This document shows, in pieces, positions 13,716 to 26,194 of a stretch of 64,000 nt of DNA. This DNA comes from Rhizodiscina lignyota (Eukaryota): NCBI GenBank assembly GCA_010015805.1, contig ML978130.1, positions 682,001-746,000 on the forward strand. The letters are read 5' to 3'. Position 1 is the first letter of the stretch; each line of letters starts with the position of its first letter. Position numbers and translations under genes: made by a program. Under the pieces are notes generated by a model. The model did not search any database. It was not told where the DNA came from and was given only the letters and a program-made list of their open reading frames with translations.

Positions 13716-14494
13716 ATGGCAACATTACGCCCTCTTCTACGGCCGACATCATGTTGCGAGTCACTTCTGAAGCGTTCACGTCTATTCCGACCTCAAAGGC
13801 GGTTATACGCGCGGACACTTGCTACCGCAGAAACCTCGATTGAAGATATTCCTCCATCCCAGCTCTTCTCCTTCAAAGAAGCTCTCAAAAGCTGTCAGTC
13901 TTCTGAACCTCACTCACTCCCGCAAGATACTGATTCCACCCAGCAAACCGCATAAACATCAAGGCGAAATCCCGCACCTCAAGCCACCACCTCCAACCGA
14001 TAAAAGTGCCTCCTCCGCCGCCCTCAGCCCGCGCCGTGTGCAAAGAACCGCTCAAAGTCGTCGACGCCGCGCAAATCGCCCTCCTCGACCCCTCCGGCGC
14101 GCGCACCCGCCTCTTCTCCAAGACGAACCCCGATGCCGCAAAGGTCGGCGACATCCTGCTCGTGCGGCAGAAGTCGGGCGAGCCGTTCGCCGGCGTGTGC
14201 ATCAACATCCGGCGGCGCGGCGTCGAGACGGGCATCTTGTTGCGCGGGCAGCTGACGCGCGTGGGCGTGGAGATGTGGTTTAAAGTGTATAGTCCGAATG
14301 TGGAGGCCATTGAGGTGGTGCAGCGGAGGAGGAAGAGAGCGAGGCGCGCCAGGCTGTATTATATGCGTACGCCGAAGCATGATCCGGGTAACTTGGAGGG
14401 CGTTGTGAGACAGTATATGCGGCAGAGGGCGATGTTGGGGAAGGGTGGTGGTTCGAAGGGTCGAGGTGCGCATATGGGATCAAAGAAGAAATGA
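13716..14494 (+). CDS. img1: Mitochondrial ribosomal protein bL19m (Img1-like)
   Basis: Arg-rich presequence-like N-terminus, intron ~13894-13943, and the L19 core FAGVCINIRRRG...GVEMWFKVYSP...RRARLYYMR. Confidence 0.9.
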
Positions 14495-14976
14495 TAAGAG
14501 GGGGACGAATTGAGGGTGGAGGCAGAGAAGCCGTACAGAGGGCGTTTGAGGAAGAGATGTACAATACTGCTGTATAAAGATGTGGGTGGACAAAGCGATC
14601 TATGAAGTCAAATAGATTTGAATGTCGAAGAAGCCGAATTGCCTTAGGCCATTGCAAGAATGGTCGTACGGTCTTCATCGACATCCATTTCGCTCGCTCT
14701 GAAAACGGTCTTAAAATGTGACATGACTGTAAGTCAGCGCATTTGAGGAGGCTTCTGCGATCCGCGCACGCAAAGTTCAAGTACGTTGCAACAGGCCTTG
14801 TGCACCCCTTCTCCCTACCAACCCAACACCCAGCATCAACATTCAATTCCAGCAACGGTACTCCGCAAGAAAGGCACGGAAAGTCGAATGATAATTAGAT
14901 CATATTAATTTTGAAGAGACAGCTAAGAAGTCCGAGACTTGGGGTATAATGCCAATTGCTAAAGCTCGTCCAAACC

Positions 14977-16131
14977 TCAGTCCAGCCGCGGCCTCTTCGC
15001 CTCCCGCTCCGTCTTCGCAATTTTCTCCCTCTCGCGCTCTCTGCGCTTGGCTTCTTCCCACGATGTCCTGACGTACTGTGATAGGTTCTCCTCGTCTGCA
15101 TGGCTCGTCTCGAGGACCCACTTCCTAAGTGGTTCCTCCAAAATGGCCTCATCACTGAGCTGCGGCCCGCCATTCTCAAAACGAGTCCACCTCCTCAGTG
15201 CCCGCCTCACCGCCTTCAACCTATCTCCCTCTTCGGGAATCTCGGCTGCAAGCCTCTCCCAGAGCTCCTTCTCTTCGTGCTCCGACCGCCAATCTCTCAT
15301 CTTCTCGTCATAGATGTGCTTCCCGAAGTACCCGAGCGCTTCGTGGAGCACCTGCGCTCTCGTCCACCGTCTCCTTTCATCAGGCCATACGCGCGCCCGG
15401 TGATTGACCAGCCAATCCTTTGTAAAATCAGAGAACATCTTCCGCTTCGCCATTCTTTGCCTGTCATTCGCATTCTCCACTGCTCTTTCAAAAGACTCAG
15501 GCCCAAAGAATCTGCCCTGGCAGCACCACTCGTATAGCTCATCCGCTGTAGCAAAACCTTCCTTCCATTTTGCCTCATCGAGTCCCAGAAAGCTCAAGAT
15601 AGCAGACGGATCATGCGAGAGGTAGACCATAGCCAGATTCTTCTGTCCGGCATCTTCGATCTCCGGAATCCGCACGTGCAGGCCTTTGTCAGTAGCCGTG
15701 AGGCCCGCACGCCGCAAGAACTTGCCGACAATCTGCCACAGATCGCCATACGACTGCATCACCAGTTCCCAAGGCAGGTAGCCCTCGCGGCACTCGTGTA
15801 CGTCAACTTGCGCATATTGGTTGCCTTTTCCATCAGGTAGCGGGACGGCATAGTGATGGAATTTGTGGGGTGGAATCGCGCATACGGCTCCGAGAGCTTC
15901 TTTTATGGCTTCGCCCGTGATGTTCTCACGTCGGGGTCGTGAGACGAGGATGTCAATGTCGCCGTGATCGAGCTTGCCGGGTGCTTCAATGCAGCTCGAA
16001 ACTTCGTGGTAAAAGGCAGATAGTGTCCTGATGCACTGATCTCGCAGTTTCAAGTAAGTTTCTGTTGACATTCTCGGTGTGGAGAGGGCTGGTTCTCCCG
16101 GACCGGGGCTGGCGAAAGCGTTGCCACCCAT
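14977..16131 (-). CDS. Hypothetical protein with Pol-beta-type nucleotidyltransferase-like motif (intronless)
   Basis: 384-aa ORF beginning MGGNAF, with PGKLDHGDIDILV (DxD), a third Asp in YAQVDVH, and SYGDLWQIVG...GL. Confidence 0.7.
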   Translation of the reverse strand: MGGNAFASPGPGEPALSTPRMSTETYLKLRDQCIRTLSAFYHEVSSCIEAPGKLDHGDIDILVSRPRRENITGEAIKEALGAVCAIPPHKFHHYAVPLPDGKGNQYAQVDVHECREGYLPWELVMQSYGDLWQIVGKFLRRAGLTATDKGLHVRIPEIEDAGQKNLAMVYLSHDPSAILSFLGLDEAKWKEGFATADELYEWCCQGRFFGPESFERAVENANDRQRMAKRKMFSDFTKDWLVNHRARVWPDERRRWTRAQVLHEALGYFGKHIYDEKMRDWRSEHEEKELWERLAAEIPEEGDRLKAVRRALRRWTRFENGGPQLSDEAILEEPLRKWVLETSHADEENLSQYVRTSWEEAKRREREREKIAKTEREAKRPRLD

Positions 16132-17137
16132 TGTTGCGGTGATGAGATTGAATGCGGAGAAAGATGAGAGATCATAGTTTCGAGAACGTGAGATATGTTG
16201 TGGTATTTAAATTATTCTGTGTTTGATGAGTAACTTGAACGCTGGAGCTAGCAAGCAAGGCGAAGCAAATATTCAATCGAAAGTCATCCGCTGCGCCTTT
16301 CCGGAGGAGTCACACATGTTTTGGGGCTGGTGGAAATGATCCAAAGACGAACGATATTCCAGAGAGATATGTCAAGTGAAAGTAAATCTTGAGAGGCGGT
16401 AAATCTACATATCATAAGAGGTTTGAGGGAGCAAATGAGAGAGACGCCAGGATTGCGCGCGACATCTCGTACAAAACGCCCATCGGTATTTGCCGAAACT
16501 ATGTCTTGGCGATTTTCTTGTTCAGAAAGCTGTAAACTTACTAGAGTTGACAATATCATTTTGGCACTACTTTCTCGAAATCAAATATTAGATAGGGATT
16601 TGGCCGTTCTTGTACTACTTCATACGTATTGTTGGTAGAGTTCAAGGCGGAATATTACTCCAGAAATTGTCTGGTCAGTAGTTTATCAGAGCTCTGTCCC
16701 CCTTGCGGCTAGGGCATATCCCGGCTCGGTACAGAAGTACCCATATCACAGGGGCCCTAGCACAGTGAATTATTCATTTTCCGGTGCGTCACCCTCTAGA
16801 GCTGGGTACCCTAGCCCCTGGGAGTTTAGGTACTAAACCCGGGAATGCCAGGTCTAGCCGCAAGGGGCATACCTCATACGGCACTACTGGCTCAACTTCG
16901 GCAGATGGAAGAGCTAGTCTATCTAAGGAATCCATGATAAGCTTTTTCACCCAGTTCTCCGCTGAGACCTTTCCGATATTCTTAGCAACTTGTACCCTTC
17001 ACCGAAAATATTCGGATTGCTGAACATCGAGGAAGTGTTGTACAAAATGCATGTTGTCGTAAGTCAAGCGATTTCATTTCATCGAATCCGCCTCAAACTC
17101 GATTCCTGCCACTTTCAAATCTCAAGCTACTTTTGCA

Positions 17138-18064
17138 ATGGCTTCACCGAACAAGGTCTGCTTTCCTTCATTCATGCTGCGACTCTATGGTGAGCTTTAT
17201 CATCCAGCAGAATCATCACAGAATCGCAAAGGCGCTACCGTCGTGATCAGCCATCCCATGACTGGTGTCAAAGAACAAACTGCCGCAGACTATGCACGAG
17301 CTCTAGCAAATGCGGGCTTCTACGTCCTCACATTTGATGCTGGGTATCAAGGTGAGAGTACAGGAGTACCTCGCGGCCTCGAAGACCCGCATCAACGAGT
17401 GGAAGACGTTAAGAGCGCGGTTAGCTACCTGACGACATTGAAAGGCATAATCGGACCCGGGCGTATCGGTGTCCTGGGAATCTGCGCCTCGGGTGGTTAT
17501 GCTTCGTATGCTGCACAATCTGACAACCGTATTTGCGCTCTCGCCACTGTCAGTGCTGCATGTGTAGGGCGCATGACTCGCAACGGAGGACTCCACGAAG
17601 AGAACAAAGAAAATCTCAAAGCGATTTCTCGATCCCTAAAAGCCGCTGGGCAATGGCGTACAAACGAGGCCAATTCGGTACCTACTGAAACGCCGCAGAT
17701 GTTCAAAACCGACGCATCTCAAATACCTAACAATGCGGACTCGTTTTTCAAGGATGCTGCGGCATATTATGGAACTTCACGAGGCCATCACGATCGCTCA
17801 AATCAAAGAGTACCACCTATGAGCTACGATCTAATGGCCAGCTATGACTCATTCATATTCCAGCATCTCATCTCGCCACGTCCCCTATTGATGATTGCCG
17901 GCACCAAGGCGCAGAGTCTACACTTCAGCAAGACAGCCATTGAGGCTGCAAAGGAACCGAAGGAACTCTTTTCTATCGAAGGGAAGAATCATTTCGACTT
18001 GTACGACGACCTTTCGGAAACTGGCCCAAAATTGGTGGAGTTCTTCGGGAAGTATCTTGCATAA
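17138..18064 (+). CDS. Alpha/beta hydrolase, YcjY/peptidase S15-like with Cys nucleophile (intronless)
   Basis: HPMTGVKEQTA, FDAGYQGESTG.PR.LEDP, nucleophile elbow GICASGG, PRPLLMIAG and HFDLYD. Confidence 0.88.
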   Translation: MASPNKVCFPSFMLRLYGELYHPAESSQNRKGATVVISHPMTGVKEQTAADYARALANAGFYVLTFDAGYQGESTGVPRGLEDPHQRVEDVKSAVSYLTTLKGIIGPGRIGVLGICASGGYASYAAQSDNRICALATVSAACVGRMTRNGGLHEENKENLKAISRSLKAAGQWRTNEANSVPTETPQMFKTDASQIPNNADSFFKDAAAYYGTSRGHHDRSNQRVPPMSYDLMASYDSFIFQHLISPRPLLMIAGTKAQSLHFSKTAIEAAKEPKELFSIEGKNHFDLYDDLSETGPKLVEFFGKYLA

Positions 18065-18622
18065 TGTTCGATTTTCGGCAGAGATGACCTATTCTCTAAA
18101 TCATACATGGTTTGATTTATCATCTCGTAGTTCATGTCTACTCTCCAATTCTAGCTAGAATTGGCTACGTGAATGGTCGAACTGATATGAGAGGGAATAT
18201 TACCATCTGTATCTTCATTACTCACGAGTAGATTTAGTGCATCTCTTGAACAAGCGGAACAGCAACAACCTGCAAATATGAGTATCTTTGAGAATTGAAG
18301 ATTGCAGCCTTCAGTTTCATCTCGTGCTCACACCAGTACCAGTATTCTTCTACCGCCTCCACCTCTGACACTTGGATATATCTGAAACCCAACCCGTTCC
18401 CTCTTATACCTGCATCACTGTCGCACTTGTACATTCTGGGTTGCAGATGTTTGGTTAAGAAGATGGAGAGCTGGCGTGAATTAAAGTCAATCAGACGTCG
18501 GAAGCGAAGAGCCGATAGGACAGATCAGCCGTAAGCTCATTATACCTAAAACCGAACAAGAGTTAAGTCGCTATCTAACCATTCTATCACTCTAGATGTT
18601 GCGCAGCCGAATACCAAGACGT

Positions 18623-20563
18623 TTATATCGAAGCCTTAAATTTCTTGGGCCAATGATGCCGTTCTTCCGCCTCGACTTCCTGCCATTTCGCGTCGACCTC
18701 ATCTTCCAAAATGAACCAGTTGATTGTGAATCTCTCTCTGTATCGCCGCATCCATTCGACTTCATCGTCGCCTGCCGCAGCGATATACATAGTGTCGAGC
18801 CTATCATAGCCGATTTGCCTCTCCACGCGTTTCAAGAAGTACCGGCGAGTTTCATTGTAGAGATGCAGAGCATAAGGAACATTATATGGTGTCTTGGAAG
18901 CTGTAGGAGATGGATTGTATCTGGGGTCGTATGTGCGCCAGAGAGACAGGTAAAGAGCCCTGACGTCCGCAAAGGCCAACGAAGAGCCCACACCGCCACC
19001 CCCGGCAGTAGCTTTACCAAAGTCTGTCAGTTTAATACTCCAGGTACGGAAACTCTGGCTACTTACGGTGTGCGGCGTCGCCTACGAAAGCAACCATATC
19101 ATCGTAGACGAGATTTCCCAGCCATGATGCAGCTTCAAGCGGGTAAGCTTCCATGTTCGGAAGAGCTTCCAGAACTTTATTAATGAGAGGATCCCAGTCC
19201 TAGACAACGATGAGCGATGGCGCAAAAGAAATGAGGAATCTACTCGCCGCAAAATGGTGTTTTCTCAGCCTTTCGAGTCCCGATTTACCAATGGAGCGAG
19301 CCCATTGTAAAGAGGAGGCATATTCTTCGGTCTCGATTACCATACAGGTAAACGAATAACCTCCCACTATATTGTAAGTTTTGGTTAATATTTAACTCAT
19401 TAGGCATTCGGCGAAAAGGGACCCACCAAGTGGCGACATAAAAGCTACTTCACCGTTTCTCCGCCAAGATGAAGTGTCCGTTGGCAGGCCCTTGATATGT
19501 TGTACAGTTTCCCAAGGTACCACATGCCGGTACGAAACCCGGCCTAAATACCTCACCTTCGCATTTGGAACGTACTGTGTTCGAATTTTCTAAGGACGAT
19601 ACGCTTCAGCTGCACTCTTCACGGACGGCATTTCCATAGCGGATTTAAGAAGAACAGGAGGGCTTACCGAATACAGTCCGTCCGCGGCTATGACAAGGTC
19701 AGCACACTCTGTGCTATTGTCTAAAAAATGCAACTTCATTTCTGACCCTTCTCTTTCATTGCTTTTATTGACTTTCTCTACCTGGACAACTTTCTTTCCG
19801 TATACAAACGTCCCATCAGGCACATCTTTCATGAGTACTCTGTGCAGTTCGACACGAGTACAACGACCTTCCTGCATCTGCCGGTGCGTATGCGGCGATA
19901 TTGCGGTGGTAAGAATCTCACCAGTCCGCCAATGACGATGATTGATTCCATCAACGTTCTCTCCGCGATACAAAACACTTTGGAGAGCATCAAGGCTGTC
20001 TGGTGAGAGCATGCGGGAGAGCGATTTCATTCCTGCAATGGGAAATCGTTAGGAACAGAAAGCGATTCTCTGAAATTATCCATGTCACGATAGTTGTTCC
20101 CCAGTCAAGGCTGACCGCTGATCTTCAGGAACGGTACAGGGATGTACCAGTATATCGGATAGATATATACGGCGTAGGCCAACTTACCGGATACCATAAC
20201 ACCAATCAACGCGCCCACCTCTCGGATGGCATCCGACTGCTCATAAACAGTCACTTGAACATTTGGAAGGCGTGCAAAGCTCCCCGCAGCTGAAGCACCA
20301 GCAAGACCACCACCAATGATACTGAACGCAGTTAGCGTATCACATTGCACTGACCTTTCAATTGAAAGATCTAATAAAGAAACTCTGGCTTACGCGATCC
20401 TCAGTCGGCCATGATGAGGGGAAGGGGTCGCCTCATATGCACTGTTAATCGGGTAGAATGCACTGGTTGGATGAAGGATGGGTTTTGAAGACACTGGATT
20501 GCTTTTCTGCAGACCAGATGTCGAATTAATATTCCTCGATGCGGCGGCTTCTCTGTGCGCCAT
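18623..20563 (-). CDS. FAD-dependent monooxygenase (salicylate hydroxylase-like, group A), ~7 exons
   Basis: Spliced model reads LRIA-IIGGGLAG...YEQ...REVGA, RVELHRVL, ADLVIAADGLYS-KIR and FVGDAAHP-TAGGGGVGSSLAFAD, ending at 18623. Start codon uncertain (nearest in-frame ATG 20563). One intron needs a GC donor. Confidence 0.85.
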
Positions 20564-21099
20564 ATCGGCGGCACTACAAGAATTGTAGTAACTTCCTGCA
20601 CCAGCTGATAGTAACACAGACTGATAGCTTCTGAGCGCAAAACAATATTTAGGTAGCCATCAGCGGTGGTGTGAGATAGGCCACGTGCAAAGTCCCGGGG
20701 AGAATGAGACCGCCAAATGTGTGCTTCATTCCGTTATTCCCGAAGTATAGCACGCAATTTTTTAAATGTCAAAAACTGTCGCAAGCAGCTTTGGTACTTG
20801 ATAGATCTTGGTATCAGCCGCATGCCGTATGCAGTATCGCCGGACAGGGGACTCTGGTTGTTCGGATGCTTGCTTCCGCAGTCGAAATTCAGGATGAGTT
20901 CGAGCTCCTTCTCACATGCATCTGGAGTCAACAACATCTCGAGTGCATACTGCCGCATCTAGATCAGAAGATGTGGGTAAGAACTCTAGGCTGGAGAAAT
21001 TCCATGTATAAACGAATGCGTCCTCCGCTGGATTTATCCCAGACATGAACATTAGCATCAAGGGCATCAGACCTCAGTAGCCCCTCCAATTCCAGCAAA

Positions 21100-22673
21100 A
21101 TGGTGAACATTCCGCCGTATGTCTGCAGTTACAGAAGCTGACTTCGGATTTTTAGCATATTATAGTCATTGGGACTGGCCTAGCCGGCCTCACTGCTGCA
21201 ATCTCTCTCTCGAAAGCAGGACACAATGTCGAGATTGTCGAAGCAGCGCCCGCTGTCGGTTATATTGGAGCTGGCATTCAGATCTCCCCCAATTCATCGC
21301 GCGTCCTCCGGAAGTTAGGTGTCGACAAGTATATCCAGAAATACTGTCTCGAGCCAATCGACCTCAAGATGATGAGCTACCATAGTGGCAATGTCCTTGT
21401 TGAGACTCCGTTGAAGGAGCCTGCTCTCCAGCGATACGGCTCCCCATACTGGTAGGTGTGTGGCAGACTTCCTGTCCAATAGTACTGACCCGAGCCCAGG
21501 CATATTCACCGTGCTGATCTACACCGCGGTCTTCTCGAGGCCGCAATCGACCTGGGTGTCAAAGTCTACTTGGACAATCGTGTTGTGGATATTGACCCGT
21601 ACAAACCTTCTCTCGTCACCAAGACCGGCGCAAAGTTTACAGCGGACTTGATTGTTGCATCTGATGGTACGTCTTTATCAAAATTGAACTGTTGATCAAC
21701 AGCCTGATCAAAATAGGACTCTGGTCTATCGCTCGTGCAGTCGTCCTGGGAAAGCCAAGCCCACCAGTTCCAACAGGTCAAATGTGCTTCCGTATCACTG
21801 TACCAACAAAGAAACTCGAAGGCCTTACTGGACTAGATGACCTCATCACCGTAGCACGGAACAATCATTGGTTCGGGCCTAATGGAACAATGCTGACGTA
21901 CCTTCTGGAAGGCGTTCACGGTACTATGATAAACCTTGTTCTAACGTAAGTATAGCTGCAAAATACTGTAGTCGTGGAATCACTGACGGACCCGTAGGTG
22001 CGATGCACGGATGCCTGATGGAGTCAACCAAAGAATCAGCAGCAAAAAGGAAGCCAAAGAAGCCTTCAAAGACTGGGACCCCAGGTGAGAAGATACCTTC
22101 AACGCCCGTTATTCAACACATATAACTAATGTCCTCAGGATCCTTAAAATTCTTGACTACGCCGACGAGGTTCTGGAATGGCGATTGTTCACGCACAAGG
22201 AAGCTCCAACGTGGATCCACGAATCCAACAAACTCGTTCTCATCGGCGATGCCGCTCATGCCATGACTCCGTACTTGGCACAGGGCTCTGCAATGGGTAT
22301 TGAAGACTCTGCGATTCTCGGTGGTGTCCTGGCAAGACTACCTACTCCAGACACACTTCCTCAGGCCCTGAAGTTGTATGAGAAGTTGCGCGTCAAACGT
22401 ACCGCCAAAGTTACCGCTGCCTCTATTGACTCGCGATGGTTCACTCAGATGCCAGACGGTCCTGAGCAAAAGGCTAGAGACGAGTACTTGTTGGCAAACC
22501 CTGGTATCATGAACGGTCATAAGCACAATCGGTCCGACCAGCAGTTTTTGGATGACCTCTTTGGGTACAACGCATTTGATGAGTTGGACAAAGCTTTCAA
22601 AGAAGCCGGTAACCTGGGTGGTGGATCAGCAAGTGGGTCGGGCAGTGGCACATTTGCCCAAGCCAGGCTTTGA
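21100..22673 (+). CDS. FAD-dependent monooxygenase (salicylate hydroxylase-like), 6 exons, C-terminal ARL
   Basis: M-HIIVIGTGLAG, IGAGIQISPNSSR, HIHRADL, DLIVASDGLWS and LIGDAAHAMTPYLAQGSAMGIED. Four downstream GT-AG introns keep the frame. Confidence 0.9.
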
Positions 22674-23797
22674 GGGTCTAGCGTAGACTTGGTGCAGCAT
22701 TTTAGCATTGGTTGATCTGGTTACATAAGTTGTAAGCAAATTGCGGTTTCTGAACTTCAATTTCGGAGCTATGTCTGCAGTGCCACACTTAAAGAATTTG
22801 CAAGGAACCGTTCAGACATCTGCAGTTTGGAATTACCATTTACTTGCGGCATGCACAATGGCTATAGCTTTCCTTTGTGTATGCTCTGTTACTACAAAAC
22901 TAATGCGGCAGTTTTTAGGAGCAAACGACCGATTTCCCATCTAATGGAATAGAACCTCATCTCATCGGTTTTAATTGCGGGAGCACGGCAATTGCGATTT
23001 ACGATGAAGCGCGCGACCCACGATCAAAATTTAAGCCAGCATTCCACGAGCAACGCCAAGCTCCATGCTCACGGACTCTACAGCTCATGCTTGCTAAGGC
23101 CAAAGGATTTGGCAGGACCAAAGATCTCAACAGGGCGTCAATAAAGGTGCGTAAGAATACTTCCGCACAATAATTGATAGTCTGATTCTTATGGGCCCTC
23201 CCTTGGCGCAGGATTTGTATGACTTTAAACGAGCAGTCGGCATCAGGTAGCCGCACGGAGTTATAGAGAAGTTGAGTCTGGGCCTCCTGGTATGAACAGG
23301 GGCTCTATCCTGGACGTGATAACAAGTCAGTATTGCGTGATCAAGATGCTTGAAATTGTGCAAAATTGCGTGATAGAATACATGACTCTTGAGCATTCGG
23401 TAAGAACTGAAGTAGAGTTCCGAATGAATACACCTCCACAACGCCAAGTTAAGGAATAGTCCGATACAATATCGTACGTGTACCTATGTACCGAGCGCCA
23501 ACCACATTGGTCACGACAGGGAGAATGAATAAGGTAGACGGAAGGAACGATGTATCCGAATGGAGAATACTTAAGAGTCCCGAAACACAAATCCGGCGAT
23601 GCTCAGAAAAGCATCGCCGCGAAGGCGCAATTGATGTTCTAGTCCATCATCCAAGTTAACGGATCCTTCAAATGCGACACCTGCCAAAATGATTTCTACG
23701 GGCTCTGGTTGCGACTGCGATTATTTGTTCTACTCCCATAGCGGCGGGACCTGGGAAGTTTGGTTTTGTCTTCTCCGTTGAACAGATTCGCGCTGCC

Positions 23798-25709
23798 ATG
23801 GGTCTTTGGATCTTAGAACCCCATACCGATGAGAAGGTTCCTGGAACCGTCCACCTCAGACGAGACACAGAGGAGCAAGATCGTCTCACTAAAAATTTAA
23901 AGCATGGTACTGGACGATATGCGACGACAGTTCTCACTCCTCAGCCTTCGGAGTCTCCCAATGATCCACTCAGTCAGTCTTTGTGCACTCAGACGCGTTT
24001 TGAAATTGGACTGACCGTATTGTAGATTGGTCTACAACAACGAAATGGACTCATTCCATTTTGCTCAGCGCGGGTACGGGTTTGTACACCGGCACGACCA
24101 ACTTTGTAAATCCAGCCCAGACAGTCATTGCCAAGAACCTGCATACGAGCATTTCGGAGGTCTCACGAAGTGTGAGTTTGATCCTGCTCCTGCTCGGTGT
24201 CAGTGCTGCTGCATCAAGTGCTGCAGCCCGTATCTGGGGGAAACGGCCGAGTACGTGCAGTTGCGATCCTTGAATGTTCAAAGGATTGTTTAGGCTAACT
24301 CTCGGACATAGTCATGAACATTGGAAACGTCATTTCAGTGGTCGGATATGCTATTGTAGTTGCAAGGCCTCACAGTATTGGGGCATTGTACGCTGGCAGG
24401 GCCATCCACGGCTTCGGAATCGGTGGCATTGAGTATCTGGTCAGCTCAAGCGTTGGAGATCTTTTCTTCGTTCATCAAAGAGCGTTCCACTTGGCTCTTT
24501 GGCATTTCGCCCTCCAAGGCGGACAGTCTATCGGTCAAGTTATCGGAAGTCAGATCGTCCAGGCTCAAAGTTGGTATTGGGCTTTCCGATACGCGTAAGT
24601 ACGACATGATCTCCGCAATACAAGGGCTAACGATGGATAGCCTAATTGCTTGCGGGGTATACACTGTGGTTCTCTTCCTGTTTATCCCGGAGACCACGTA
24701 TAATCGCCCGTCTCGATTTAATACAGACATATATGAGTCCTTGGAGAAATACTCACATGGAAGTGGTGATATTGTCCCGGTGAAACCGAACAGCTCCGAC
24801 GAAATCTACACGGTCGAAAAGCAACCATCGACGACCGCCGCAGCGGACATTGAGACTTCGAATGCGGAACCCGAGAAGAAAAAGACTTACTGGCAGTCTT
24901 TGAAGTTATACAACGGCCGATTCAGTGACGAAAAGCTCCTCGACTCTCTCCTTTCGCCGCTTGCTGCTTACCTCCTGCCCGCCGTTGCATGGACCGCCTA
25001 TGCGTTCGGCTGCTCAGTGGCGTTTTCTGCGTCATTCTCTGTATCCCTCTCGCAGATCTTCTCTAAAGCACCTTACCATTTCAACACGAAGCAGGTCGGC
25101 CTTACTGTGATCGGCTCATTTATTGGTTCTTTCCTTGGAAATACTCTCCCAGGACCTACGTCTGACTGGCTTGTGAGGTATCTCAGTAAGAAGAATAACG
25201 GAGTGTATGAACCGGAGTTTCGAAATCTGCTCTGCGTTCCTTCATTCTTTCTTGGATTGATGGGTTTCTGGGGTTTCGGTCTATCGCTTCATGCTAAGAC
25301 TCACTGGATCGGACCGGTGTTCTTTTATGGCCTCTCAACGTTTGCAGGATCGATCCTTTCCCTTGTCTCTAACGCCTACCTGCTTGATTGCCATAGAGCA
25401 CATTCTCAAGACGGTTACGCAGCAGTCACGTTAGGCAGAGCTGTCCTATCGTAAGTCATCCCACGTTGAAAAGCTTGAAATTGGAGAGGAATTAACTTCT
25501 GAAATAGTTTCATATTTTCTTTCATCATTAATGATTGGATTGACAAAGATGGTATCCGAACGGTGTATTTCATCATCGGATCTTTGCACGGATTGGCTTG
25601 TATCCTCGGCATAGTACTTTATGTATATGGAAAGAGGATCCGTCTCGCGGTCTCGAAGAGTAAATTCTATCAAAGAGTTTTGCCAAAACCCCGATTCGTT
25701 GCGGGTTGA
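23798..25709 (+). CDS. MFS transporter (Hol1/DHA1-like), 5 exons
   Basis: MGLWILE...VPGT, PQPSESPNDPLNW, WGKRP, GDLFFVHQR, PETTYNR, GVYEPEFR and YGKRIR, with multiple hydrophobic helices. Confidence 0.92.
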
Positions 25710-26194
25710 GATATTATTAATGTAGATAGAGTATCATAGTTATGGCATAACATACAGAAGCCGCTCCCGAAGCTCGACGGCGCCACAAGTTCTTTATTTA
25801 TTTAGTCTTTATATTTTCGAATAACGAATGAAGGTGGAGGGGCTATAAGTCTTCACCCAGTAATTCTCCGAGCTGTAGCAAAGCAGGTTAGGTAAGGATG
25901 TCTCTAGCGTATTCTAATTCCAGAAAATCAACACACTTCAAAAGCTTCAAGTCTCTAGCTTCTTGCTCAATAAACTCCACTTTCGGTGTATTCAGGTTCT
26001 CCAACACGAAATTCCAGCCGGGAAAGTTCAAATATACCCAAGACGATGTATTGAAACCCAAAAATCGCTATGGCACAATACAAGATATAAACGGCTAAAA
26101 ACAACACCTGATATCGTCCGATTTAAACATATCCTTCCCTCACCACCAGATGAGTCCTGCTCTTCTTCGTGCCTTCAAATGTAGATAATTATGT

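Noticed and set aside
18596..19183. 195-aa plus-strand ORF, and the 122-aa minus ORF treated as a separate gene
   Set aside because: The region is explained by the last exons of the minus-strand monooxygenase.
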